Assembly: GCF_006345805.1 (NCBI RefSeq)
Contig: NC_043002.1
Span: forward strand, 1-64,000
DNA: 64,000 nt
Direction of reading: 5' to 3'
DNA from: Octopus sinensis
Taxonomy: Eukaryota
The notes under the pieces were generated by a model, which was given only the letters and a program-made list of their open reading frames with translations, did not search any database and was not told the DNA's origin. The position numbers and the translations under genes are program-made. Of the stretch, positions 10,700 to 22,800 are shown piece by piece (position 1 is the first letter of the stretch; each line of letters starts with the position of its first letter).

Positions 10700-10930
10700 T
10701 GTATACCAGAGTAAACACATAAATGTGAAACAAGGTGGAAAAAGAGCACTCAAATACCAGGGGTAGAGTAATATGCTTTATTTAAAAGCAGCAGAAATTC
10801 AACAAAACCTGTTACTCTGAGTTTCATGTTTCCGTTCGTCGGACAGTTTTTGTTAGAATCTAGCAAAAACTGTCCGACAAACGGGAATGTGAGACTCAGG
10901 TTTTGTTGAATTTCTGCTGCTTTTAAATAA
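10700..10930. mobile_element. Foldback Penelope-like relic with two decayed hammerhead motifs
   Basis: Inverted arms at 10778-10852 and 10864-10930. Minus 10803-10852 reads CAAAAACTGT-CCGACGA-ACG GAAA CAT-GAAA-CTCAGA-GTA-ACAGGTTTTG. Confidence 0.65.
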
Positions 10931-11053
10931 ATTATATATATGTATATATATGTGTATATATATATGTGTATATATATATATGTGTATATATATATATGTG
11001 TATATATATGTGTATATATATATATGTGTATATATATATATATATATATGTGT

Positions 11054-14000
11054 ATCATCATCATCATCATTTAACGTCCGCTTTCCATGCTAGCATGGGT
11101 TGGACGGTTCAACTGGGGTCTGGGGAGCCCGAAGGCTGCACCAGGCCAGTCAGATCTGGCAGTGTTTCTACAGCTGGATGCCCTTCCTAACGCCAACCAC
11201 TCCGAGAGTGTAGTGGGTGATTTTATGTGCCACCGACACAGGTGCCAGACGAGGCTGGCGAACGGCCACGCTTGGATGGTATTTTTATGTGCCACCGACA
11301 CAGGTGCCAGACGAGGCTGACGAACGGCCACGATCGGATGGTGTTTCTTACGTGCCCACAGCACGGAGGCCAGTCGATGCGGTACTAGCTACGGCCACGT
11401 TCGGATGGATTTCTTGTGTGCCACCGGCACTGGTACCACAAAGATACAAATTCCATTGATGTTCATCCATTTTATTTTGATTTTCACTTTCACTTGCCTC
11501 AAAAGGTCTTCACAAGTGTCACAAGAAGGAAGGTATGCACAGGTGGACTGACTACGTCCCAGGTTGGGGCCACGGATTATGGCCTGACTAGTCTTGCCGG
11601 GTCTTCGGATGGTGTTTTTATGTGCCACCGACACAGGTGCCTAGTCTTGCCGGGTTTTCGGATGGTGTTTTTATGTGCCACCGACACAGGTGCCGGATGA
11701 GGCTGGCGAACGGCCACGATCGGATGGTGTTTGTTACGTGCCCACAGCACGGAGGCCAGTCGATGCAGTACTGGCTACGGCCACGTTCGGATGGTTTTCT
11801 TGTGTGCCACCGGCACTGGTACCACAAAGATACAAATTCCATTGATATTCATCTATTTTGATTTGTTTTGATTTTCACTTGCCTCAACAGGTCTTCACAA
11901 GTGTCACAAGAAGGAAGGTATGCACAGGTGAATTGACTACGTCCCAGGTAGGGGCCACGGGTTATGGCCTGACTAGTCTTGCCGGGTCTTCGGATGGTGT
12001 CTTTATGTGCCACCGACACAGGTGCCAGATGAGGCTGGCGAACGGCCACGATTGGATGGTGTTTGCTATGTGCCCACAGCACGGAGGCCAGTCGATGCGG
12101 TACTGGCTACGGCCACGTTCGGATGGTTTTCTGGTGTGCCACCGGCACTAGTAACAAAGATACAAATTCCATTGATGATCATCTATTTTATTTTGATTTT
12201 CACTTTCACTTGCCTCAACAGGTCTTCACAAGTGTCACAAGAAGGAAGGTATGCACAGGTGGACTGACTACGTCCCAGGTAGGGGCCACGGGTTATGGCC
12301 TGACTACTCTTGCCGGCTCTTCTCATGCACAGCATACTTCCATAGGTCTCGGTCTCTAGTCATTTCCTTGGTGAGACCTAAAGTTCGAAGGTCGTGCTTC
12401 ACCACCTCGTCCCAGGTTTTCCTGGGTCTACCTCTTCCACAGGTTCCCTCAACTGCTAGGGTGTAGCACTTTTGCACACAACTATCTACAGCCATTCTTG
12501 TCACATGACCATACCAGCGCAGCCGTCTCTCTTGCACACCACAATTGACGCTTCTTAGGTTCAACTTTTCTCTCAAGGTTCTTACACTCTGACGATTATG
12601 AACACTGACATTACACATCCATCGGAGCATACTGGCTTCATTTCTTGCAAGCTTACGCATATCCTCAGCAGTCATGGCCCATGTTTCACTACCATGTAGC
12701 ATGGCTGTACGTACACATGCATCATACAGTCTGCCTTTTACTCTGAGCGAGAGGCCTTTTGTCACCAGCAGGGGTAAGAGCTCTCTAAACTTTGCCCAAT
12801 CTATTCTTACTCTAGCAGTTACACTTTCAGCACACCCACCCCCGCTACTGACTTGGTCTCCTAGGTAGCGGAAGCTATCAACTACTTCTGGTTTGTCTCC
12901 CTGGAACCTGGTAGAAGTTGGTCTCTGCACGTTTCAAGTGTTTATTGCTCCTGAGCATCTGCCACAGACAAAAACTATTTTCCTAGTTAGCCTTCCTTTG
13001 ACATTGCTGCACCTCTTATGTGTCCATAGCTTACACTTGGTGCACCTTATAGAGTTTCTACCTACACCTTTTCTACAGATCGAGCAGGGCCATCTACCTG
13101 AAGTCGTTTGTGATTGGTCCACCTTCCTACTTATTAGGACTTTGGTTTTGGCTAGGTTGATTCTAAGGCCCTTCGATTCTAATCCTTGTTTCCACACCTG
13201 AAACTTCTCCTCCAGTTCTGATAGTGACTCAGCAATTAGAGCAAGGTCATCAGCATAGAGGAGCTCCCAGGGGCATCCTGTCTTGAATTCTTCCGTTATT
13301 GCCTGGAGGACTATGATAAATAGGTGGGGACTGAGGACTGAACCTTGGTGGACCCCAACCTCTACCCGGAATTCTTCACTGTACTCGTTGCCAACCCTCA
13401 CCTTACTAGCAGCGTCTCTGTACATGGCTTGCACAGCTCTCACTAACCATTCATCTATCCCTAGTTTCCTCATTGACCACCAGATAAGGGATCGGGGGAC
13501 CCTGTCAAAGGCTTTCTCCAAGTCAACAAAAGCCAGGTACAAGGGCTTGTCTTTGGCTAGGTATTTCTCCTGCAGCTGTCTTACCAGGAATATAGCATCA
13601 GTAGTACTTTTCCCTGGCACGAACCCAAACTGCATATCATCTAAGCTAACTCTCTCTCTAATTAGTTGGGCTATAACCCTCTCCGTAACCTTCATTACCT
13701 GATCCAGCAGCTTGATACCTCTGTAATTATTTGTATCTAGGGCGTCGCCTTTACCTTTGTAGCAGTTGACTATTATGCTGCTACACCAGTCATTGGGTAT
13801 GACTCTCTCGTGTATCACCTGGTTAACTATACAGGTGACTAAGCTATAGCCGACACCACCAGATATTTTGAGCATCTCTGCAGTAATTCCTGATGGGCCT
13901 GGGGCTTTCCCTGTTTTCATGCTTCTAATTGCCTTATCTACTAAGGAACTGTTAACTCGGATTGCTGGTCCCTCTGTTGGGTCGACATTCGGCAGACTCT

Positions 14001-15362
14001 CTTTATCCCATTCATTTTCTTCATTCAGCAACCTTTCATAGTGGCGTCTCCAAGCCTCTCTCTTTGCATCCTCATTTAGCGCAAGTGAACCGTCATCCTT
14101 GCGAACACCTTCTCTCTCCTACCACGTCACGATTCTCTCTCACACACTGTCTTGCAACACGAAATACCTCAAGTCTTTCATCCTCACGGCGCAGGACATT
14201 GGCAAATTTTTCCTTATCTGCCTCCCCTCTGGCTAGATAGACCTGTCTCCTGGCTTCCCTTCTGGCAGTCTGATACACTTCCCTGCTACCACCACCGTTC
14301 TTCCAGGCCTTCCAAGCCTGTTTCTTTTGTCTAATAGCCCTGTCAACAATATTGTTCCACCACCACGTTATTTTGGGTCTTAAGGGACTTTGCACCAGCC
14401 ACAGATCTGTTCAGCGGCTTTCAGCAGGTTGTCCCTCAGAAGCGTCCAGTTGTCTTCTACCCCATGCGTAGCTATACTCCCTTCCATTTCGTCTAAGGCT
14501 TCAAATAACATATCTCTAAATCTCTGTCCATTCGCAGGGTCTTTAAGCTTCCAGACCCTTCTTCTCCATGTTGGTCGTCTTCTAGTCGCCCTCTTAGTCC
14601 TGATCCTAAAGTCACTAACTACCAGTCTATGTTGTGGGGTGCATTCTTCGCCTGGGAAGGTTTTGGCATTTATAAGCAGCCATCTTTCCCTTTTTCTGGC
14701 AAGGATGTAGTCGATTTGGCTAGTATGCCGGCCCGATCGGTAGGTGACCAGGTGGCTTGTCGGTTTCCTGAAGTTAGTGTTGCAAACCATAAGACTATTC
14801 GCATCGCAGAACTCCAGCAGCCTGGTTCCCTCCTCGTTGCGGGAACCATAACCGTAGCCTCCATGCACGCCATGGAAGCCCCCAGCACATCGTCCAACAT
14901 GCCCATTGAAGTCACCAGCCACAAAGAGAAGGTCCCTGTTGTTCGTCAATGAGGTGGTCTGCAGTAGGGTGTCATAGAAACGGTCTTTCTGCCCATCGGA
15001 TAACCCTGGCTGAGGGGCATAGGCCGATATAATAGTTGCTAAACTATGATGGAGCACTAATCTAATCTTAATTATTCTGTCACATACTCTGACTACCTCG
15101 ATTACCTTATCTACCCATTTTTCGGCGATAAGCATACCCACACCCCCGACCCCGTCAGTATTCCCAGCCCAGAAAATCTTGTACCTCTGTCCTTTGCCTG
15201 TGAGGAACCTAGCAGAACCTCCTCTCCACCTCACTTCTTGAATGCAGCATATATCCACACACCTCCGTTCAAGCAATTCAACGATCTCGCCAGATCTGCC
15301 TTTCAGTGTGAGATCTGCCTTTCAGTGTGAATCTGCCTTTCAGTGTGCAGATCTGCCTTTCA
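11054..15362 (-). mobile_element. Near full-length RTE-clade LINE (APE-RT) with triplicated 3' UTR block
   Basis: APE in 14380..15276 (DICCIQEVRW, GDFNGHVG, SQIDYIL). RT in 12934..14031 (LEKAFD, GVHQGSVLSP, YADD) and 12304..12930. (GAT)n tail at 11054. Confidence 0.95.
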
Positions 15363-15399
15363 ATATATATATGTATATATGTATATATATATGTATATA

Positions 15400-16418
15400 C
15401 ATCATCATCATCATCGTTTAGCGTCTGCTTTCCATGCTGGCATGGGTTGGACGGTGCAACTGGGGTCTGTGAAGCCAGAAGGCTGCACCAGGCCCAGTCT
15501 GATCTGGCAATGTTTCTACGGCTGGATGCCCTTCCTAATGCCAACCACTCCATCAGTGTAGTGGGTGCTTTTTATGTGCCACCGGCACAGGTGCCAGACG
15601 AGGCTGGCAAACGGCCACGATCGGATGGTGCTTTTAAGTGCCACCGGCACAGAGGCCAGGCGAGGCTTGCAACGGCCACGATTGGATGGTGCTTTTTACG
15701 TGCCACCAGCACGGAAGCCAGTCGGGGTGGCGCTGGCAATGGCCACGTTTGGATGGCTCTCTTATGTGCCACCGGCACTGGTATCACAGCTACAATTTCC
15801 ATTGATGTTGATCGATTTCGATTTTCACTTGCCTCAACAGGTCTTCACAAGTAGAGTTTTGTGTCCTAAGAAGGAAAGGTATGCATAAGTGGACTGAGGC
15901 CATGGGTGATGGTCTCACTTGTCCTGCCGGGTCTTCTCATGCACAGCATACTTCCAAAGGTCTCAGTCTCTAGTCATTTCCTCAGTGAGACCTAAAGTTC
16001 GAAGGTCGTGCTTCACCACCTCATCCCAGGTTTTCCTGGGTCTACCTCTTCCACAGGTTCTCTCAACAGCTAGGGTGTGGCACTTTTTCACACAACTATC
16101 TTCATCCATTCTCGCCACATGACCATACCAGCGCAAACGTCTCTCTTGCACACCATAACTGATGCTTCTTAGGTCCAACTTCTCTCTCAAGGTACTTACA
16201 CTCTGTCGAGTATGAACACTGACATTACACATCCATTGGAGCATACTGGCTTCATTTCTTGCGAGCTTACGTATATCCTCAGCAGTCACGGCCCATGTTT
16301 CACTACCATGTAGCATGGCTGTATGTACACATGCATCATACAGTCTGCTTTTTACTCTGAGCGAGAGGCCTTTAGTCACCAGCAGAGGTAAGAGCTCTCT
16401 GAACTTTGCCCAAGCTAT
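15400..16418 (-). mobile_element. 5'-truncated RTE LINE
   Basis: [13 protein letters not shown]...DLRTLGL in 15963..16745, followed by the 3' UTR and (GAT)n tail. Confidence 0.9.
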
Positions 16419-16639
16419 TATATAAATATATATATATACATATGTATATATATATATATGTATATATATGTATATACATATGTATATATATATATATGTA
16501 TATATATATGTATATATACATATATATAAATATATATATACATATGTATATATGTATATGACCTCCGTAATTCTATGATGGACCGTGAAGTCTGGCATAG
16601 CATAGAAAGTATGTATGTATATATTTATATGCATATATA

Positions 16640-17560
16640 CATACACACACGCACACACTAAAGTCCACAAATTGCTGTGTAAATAAATATGAACAATAAA
16701 AAATGGAAGGTTTGTAATAGGGAAGAAGAAGTAGCAGGAATGCATTTGGTGTTGTGTATAGGGAATGTATAGGCTGAAGATGACCCATTAGCTGTTGTGT
16801 ATAGGGAATGTATAGGCTGAAGATGACCCATTAGCTGTTGTGTATAGGGAATGTATAGGCTGAAGATGACCCATTAGCTGTTGTGTATAGGGAATGTATA
16901 GGCTGAAGATGACCCATTAGCTGTTGTGTATAGGGAATGTATAGGCTGAAGATGACCCATTAGCTGTTGTGTATAGGGAATGTATAGGCTGAAGATGACC
17001 CATTAGCTGTTGTGTATAGGGAATGTATAGGCTGAAGATGACCCATTAGCTGTTGTGTATAGGGAATGTATAGGCTGAGGATGACCCATTAGCTGTTGTG
17101 TATAGGGAATGTATAGGCTGAAGATGACACATTAGCTGTTGTGTTTGTGGATTTGAGAAAGTGGATGGGCTAAGTTTGCTGCGGAATGGGTTGAGAACAT
17201 TGTTGTGTTAATCAAGAAAGCATTCCTTGAAGTAAGTCATTTGAAGAGAATATTCAATGCTACTCTATACAACATTTTGTTGTAAAGTTTGTATAAGTTA
17301 TATTTTGATGATCAAGGTACAGTGGAAATGGTAAGTAGAGGGGCTGGTTATGGGTTTGAGAGGTGAAAAAACAGGTATTGCAACTGGGATGAAAGAGTAA
17401 TTGAATGTTCTGGGCTGGATAATGTTTGAGGATGAGGGAACTCCTGAACAAAACTTGAAATTTTTGTCCTGTTTGTAGTAGAAGAGAAGACGTTGAAGTA
17501 AGATGAAGGTCATTTAGGGTGAGAAGTAGTGAAAAGGGCCATTTAAAAGGAAAAGTTGAA
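16640..17560 (-). mobile_element. Highly decayed Penelope-like element (GIY-YIG-adjacent region)
   Basis: Broken frames give KQDKNFK..RSSL and HPSCNTCFF, resembling the conserved linker and CxxC upstream of PLE GIY-YIG. Weak evidence. Confidence 0.4.
16750..17144. repeat. 43-bp minisatellite, 9 copies + 8 bp
   Basis: Unit tgttgtgtatagggaatgtataggctgaagatgacccattagc. Single substitutions occur only in units 8 and 9. Confidence 0.97.
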
Positions 17561-17617
17561 CAATGGAAGGGTATATATCTTGTGTTTTTGATTTGATGAA
17601 AATCTGTTTATTTTCAG

Positions 17618-17743
17618 ATGTAAATGAATGTAGCAATAATTCACTCAACAATTGTTCACCAAATGCTGATTGTCACAACTTTGATGGTGGATACAACTGT
17701 AGTTGTAAGTCTGGCTTTACTGGAGATGGTGCAAGTTGTAAAG
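17618..17743 (+). CDS. Host gene exon: Ca-binding EGF domain ([42 protein letters not shown])
   Basis: tttcag acceptor, gtttgt donor, 126 bp, phase 1-1, six-Cys cbEGF consensus. Confidence 0.93.
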
Positions 17744-18734
17744 GTTTGTATGATTTTAATAACAAATCATCTTGCATTTTGAAGAATAAAAATAAGACAT
17801 TGAAACATTTCTGAAAGGAACAGCATCAGATGGACGGTTAATGGATCAAAATAGTGTTGGAGATTCTGATAGTTTTATTCTCTTATTTCTCTTTATACTT
17901 CCTATTTCCATCCTTTTCCAAAATAACTCCTTATATTGAACTCTACTTGACTCTAGTTAACTCTCTCATATCGTCCCAGAAACAGCTGTAAGACTACCTT
18001 TCTCTTTATAAATGTCCTTACTGATACACAATACATTCAGATGTTATTCACAACTAATACAACAAATGCTTATGCTTTAATTTACAATAAAAAAAAAACA
18101 TTTTCTTTTAGTTTTATTTGGTTGTCATTTGGGATTTCAGTTTCATTCTTTTGTCAGCCAATAAGTAAAAGAAAAAAAAATCACCATTTTCTTGAAAATC
18201 TTTGAAAAATTACATAAAGAAAAATGTGATAAGTGCTTATTTGGAAACTCAGCCAAATATTTTTTTTAGCTGAAAAATGTTTTATCACTAGAAGCTTAAA
18301 CTGAAACAGCATTCAAAATTTTCAAAACATAGGAAGAAATTTAAAAACATTATTCAAACTTCTTATGCCATTTTGTAAAATTAGATCTTTGATATAAGAA
18401 TATATGTTTTAAAAGTGAGCTTTGATTTTAGGGCCACCAATAATACGAAATGAAAACTAATGATTTTTGTGGGGGCCAATACAATAGTTTTAAAAATTCA
18501 AGAATGATATTTTTTGTGTTAGAAATCTGAGCTTTTGTTAAAATCTAAATGTTTTTAAGGTAAATGGAATGTAAATAGATTTTTCACCAATAAAGATATT
18601 CATCTGGTGAATATGTTTTTGAAAGTAATTCTCTTTAATTAGATATTTCTTATAAAAGAATTTTCCCATTTATTATCACACAAGCTTTCAGTCTTCCTCA
18701 ATTATTAAAGCATTTGCTTTTTCAACTCATTTTA

Positions 18735-19020
18735 AATACATTCAATTTATACCAACTTTCTCTCTCTCGCATTGAGTCGAACCAGGGGCAGCTGATGAAG
18801 GGGAATATTCCTTGTATTGTTTGTCTTGTACCCTGTTTTTTCATTGTTAAAAAAAGTCCGTTTCCTTGTTTGTTCTTATGTTTTCGTTTCTCGTTGTGTT
18901 CTACGTTTATTTGTGGTGTCCTGTACTCATATATATATATATATGCATATGTTTTATTTGTTAAATTGTTATTATATGACTGAGCGCCTCACGTTGTTTC
19001 TTATCCTCCAAGTAAGTTTA
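18735..19020 (+). mobile_element. Possible decayed Penelope-like relic with half hammerhead core
   Basis: CTGATGA at 18792-18798 is followed by a 6-bp hairpin but no GAAA. Its 3' part shares ctcacgttgtt with the 53481-53700 relic. Confidence 0.35.
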
Positions 19021-19021
19021 T

Positions 19022-19074
<53 letters not shown>

Positions 19075-19079
19075 GTATG

Positions 19080-19450
19080 TCATCATCATTTAACGTCCGT
19101 TTTCCATGGGTTGGACAGTTTTGATTGAGGGCTGGCAACCAGACGGCTGCAGCAGGCTCCAATCTTGATCTGGCAGAGTTTCTACAGCTGGATGCCCTTC
19201 CTAACGCCAACCACTCCGAGTGTGTAGTGGGTGCTTTTTACGTGCCACCTGCACGGGGGCCAGTCAGGCGGTACTGACAATGACCTCGCTCGAATCTTTT
19301 TACACATGCCACCAACACAGATGCCAGTGAAGCAATGTTGGTAACGATCACACTCGAATGGTGCCCTTTTATGTGCCATGGGTACAGAAGCCAGTTGGCT
19401 GCTCTGGCAATGATCACAACGATCACGCTCGGAGGGTGTTCTTGGCACCC
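19080..19450 (-). mobile_element. RTE 3'-tail fragment
   Basis: catcatttaacgtcc...ggatgcccttcctaacgccaaccactcc, as at 11054-11220. Confidence 0.85.
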
Positions 19451-19881
19451 TACTAAGTAAATAGAGAGAAGAGAAGAGATATATACTTTAGGAGGAGAAT
19501 GGTATTAGTCAAAAGAATAGAAGAGGAAAGAAGAAAAAAGGAAGAAAAATAAAAAAAAGGAATGCTAGATGGTGGTCAAGATATTGTGAGGGGGATGGGA
19601 GAGGAGAGTTATCATCATAAAAGGGATAGGAGGGAGGGATTGAAGGAAGAGATAAAAATGTAAGGAAGGAATATGTGTGAGAAATGGGAGATGGGGTGAT
19701 ATATTTGAAAGGCACTAAGGTGGGGAGATGGGTAAAGAAATGGTACTGGGGTGGGGTACTAAAGTGAGTAGTAAACCTGGTACAAAGTTAGCCTTGTCAA
19801 AACTTGAACCCAGAATGTAGCAATGGGCAAAATACCACTAAGCATTATGTTCACTACCTTAATAATAATAATAATAATAAT

Positions 19882-22800
19882 AAGATAACACCGGGGGACG
19901 TTTGACATGTGAGAGCAATAAAACAGTGCTCCAAAATCTATCCACAAACATCGGAAATAAAGAGATCGCATGGAGCCAAAAAAATAGCTGACAAAGGATT
20001 GGACTATATCCGAGTAAGTAATACTCATTGAAATTTATTACTATTCTTCCAAATGAAATGATGTATTTTAACTGGATATCACCTCCAAAGCACATGTAAA
20101 CATGCTTGATACATTACGATCTATCAACACCAAACTATCTCCAACCCCAAACACCATGTACAAAAAAACTACGAATAAATTAAATGATACCGGTATTGTT
20201 CAACCCAAGAATAACAATCGGGAAGTGCGTACTTTAAACTTGTAACACAAAAAGTATGAAAAACTACACGTGCAAAACAATGAGACAACAGAAATGAATG
20301 GATCGGTACCCTACAAAAATGATGACCGTCAAAACAAAGGGCCAGATGTTGTTCCTCATGTCTTGCAAATAAAACCAAAAAGGCATAAATGGACATGTGA
20401 GGAGTATATTTCTATCCTACACGCTTACTTTACAGCAGTGCTCTACCCAAAGAACGAAAACACAACAACATATACTTATAAAATATGGAAGAAAAATAAC
20501 ATAAATAAAGACTTGGATACAGCAATGAACCCTAATAAACTAGCCAACGTACGAAGATGTATTCTCAATGCAAAAAATATATCAGAAATAGAAATAGAAC
20601 ATTTAAAAGAAAAAATTGCTTCAGGGAAATGTAGATAGAAGCCACACAACAATGCCCAATAATATAAACACTGAGATAGTTAAACACGAAGACAAACGTA
20701 ATATTTCCAACAATAACGAAATAAACAAAAACCAACAAACCCAGACCGTATGAAAAGCAGCAAACCAAAACACGACAGACAAACATACGAATGAGAAAGA
20801 AAGTGACACAAATCTTAAACCTGGAAACAACGAAGGAGAGCCTAATGATTATGATACTATAAAAAGTAGAATAATCAAAGAACTGAAAACCACAGATCTC
20901 AAAATGGACCATCGACCATACCTCCCAAAACTCAAAATAGACAAAACAACAACAATAATAAATAACATAAACCTAGCCGTCACGGAACTAATAGCCACTG
21001 AAACAAATAGCAATATCACTGAGCTAAATGACATAGTATATGCAGCAGCCATTGCAGCCACAAAAGAAGCTGGATACTCACCCAAACCCGTCCAAACAGG
21101 AGTACCACCACCCAAACAAACCTTGTGGATAAATAACATCCAAAACAAAATACAAAAAATGAGAAAAGATCTGTCGATTCTTCACGAAATTAGTTGACAA
21201 TCAACGCTACTAAGCAACAAAAAGAAAACAAAAATACTGAGCAAATACAACATCACGGAAAAAGATTTACCTGAGATAAAAGAAAAGCTAAAGCAAGATA
21301 TTCTTGCCAAAGCCCAAAAGATCCGCCAGTATGAGAAACGCCAACGTTTCTTTGAACAAAACAAACAGTTCAACTCCAGCGCCAAAAATTTCTACTAAGA
21401 ACTTGGCAAAAATAAAATAGACATCACTGCAGCACCAACAGCAGAAGTGGAAGAATTTTGGAAAGAAATACGGTCGGCGAAGGAACAACCACAGAAAAGA
21501 AGTATTAAAACAACAAACTTAGCATCTGAGTAACTCTGGACCCCCATAACAAGTGAAGAGGTCACCCAGGCACTGCAAAGACTAAGCAACTGGAAGGCAC
21601 CTGGGCACGACAAGATCCCCAATTTCTGGTTAAAATATCTGACAAGATGCACAAAAAGCTAGCTGAAAACTTTAACAACATACTGGCAGAGCCAGAGACA
21701 ATGCCTGAATGGCTCACAAAAGGGAGAACCATCTTAATTCCCAAATCTAATGAAACGGCAAAACCAGAAAACTACAGACCAATAACCTACCTCCCTACAA
21801 TGTACGAAGCCTTTACTGCAATAATATCACAAAGATTGAACAAGCACCTGGACGAAAACAACCTGTTTCCAGAAGAGCAGAAAGGATGTCGCAAAGGCTC
21901 ATATGGCTGTAAAGATCAACTAATGATCAATAAAGCCATAACTGAAGACAGCCGCAGAAAAAGAAAGGCCTCAGTATGGCCTGGATCGACTACCGAAAGG
22001 CATTTAATAGCATTCCCCATGCATGGATCCTCGAAACACTAGCCATTAACAAGGTAGCGCCAACAATTATAAAATACATAGGACACTCTATGAATAAATG
22101 GCAGACAGTGCTACAGCTCAAAACAAAAGAGGGACTCATGAAAACCAAAGTCATCCCCATTAGAAGAGGAATATTCCAGGGAGACACGCTCTCTCCACTC
22201 CTTTTCTGCTTGGCACTGTCACCTCTATCGGATATGCTAAACAGAACTGGATGCGGATACAAATGTTACGGCAAAACGATCAGCCACCTTTTATATATGG
22301 ATGACCTAAAACTATACGCTGCAAATGACAAACAGCTGGAAACACTATTAAAGACAGTTCATGGATTTACCAAAGAAATAGATATGAAATTTGGATTAGA
22401 AAAATGCACCAAAGTAACTCTGAAAAGAGGAAAACTAGTTAAGAGTAGCAACATCACACTAGATAAAACCAATGAAATAAGAGAATTAGACCAAAGCCAA
22501 ACTTACAAATATTTAGGAATCCATGAACTAGATAAGACACAACACACACAAATGAAAGAGAAAATAAAGAAAGAATACTATAGACGAGTTAGATTAATAC
22601 TAAAAACAAGATAATAGGTATTAACACTTTAGCTGTCCCAGTTATAAATTACAGCTACAATATCCTTAACTGAACACTAAATGAACTGACCAAAATAGAT
22701 AGGAAATCAAGAAAAATAATGACAGGATCTAGGATGCATCACCCAAAATCTGACATAGAAAGGCTATATATACAACGTATAGAAGGTGGTAGAGGCCTTA

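Noticed and set aside
16750-17144. 43-bp repeat as a CRISPR array or hammerhead array (contains CTGAAGA)
   Set aside because: There are no spacers and no cas genes, and the context is eukaryotic. No GAAA or stem I complement is present for a hammerhead.
19882-20000. HDV-like ribozyme at the 5' end of the Dong-like element
   Set aside because: I could not assemble a P1/P2/P3/P1.1 pseudoknot by eye. It would need an RNAbob/Infernal search.
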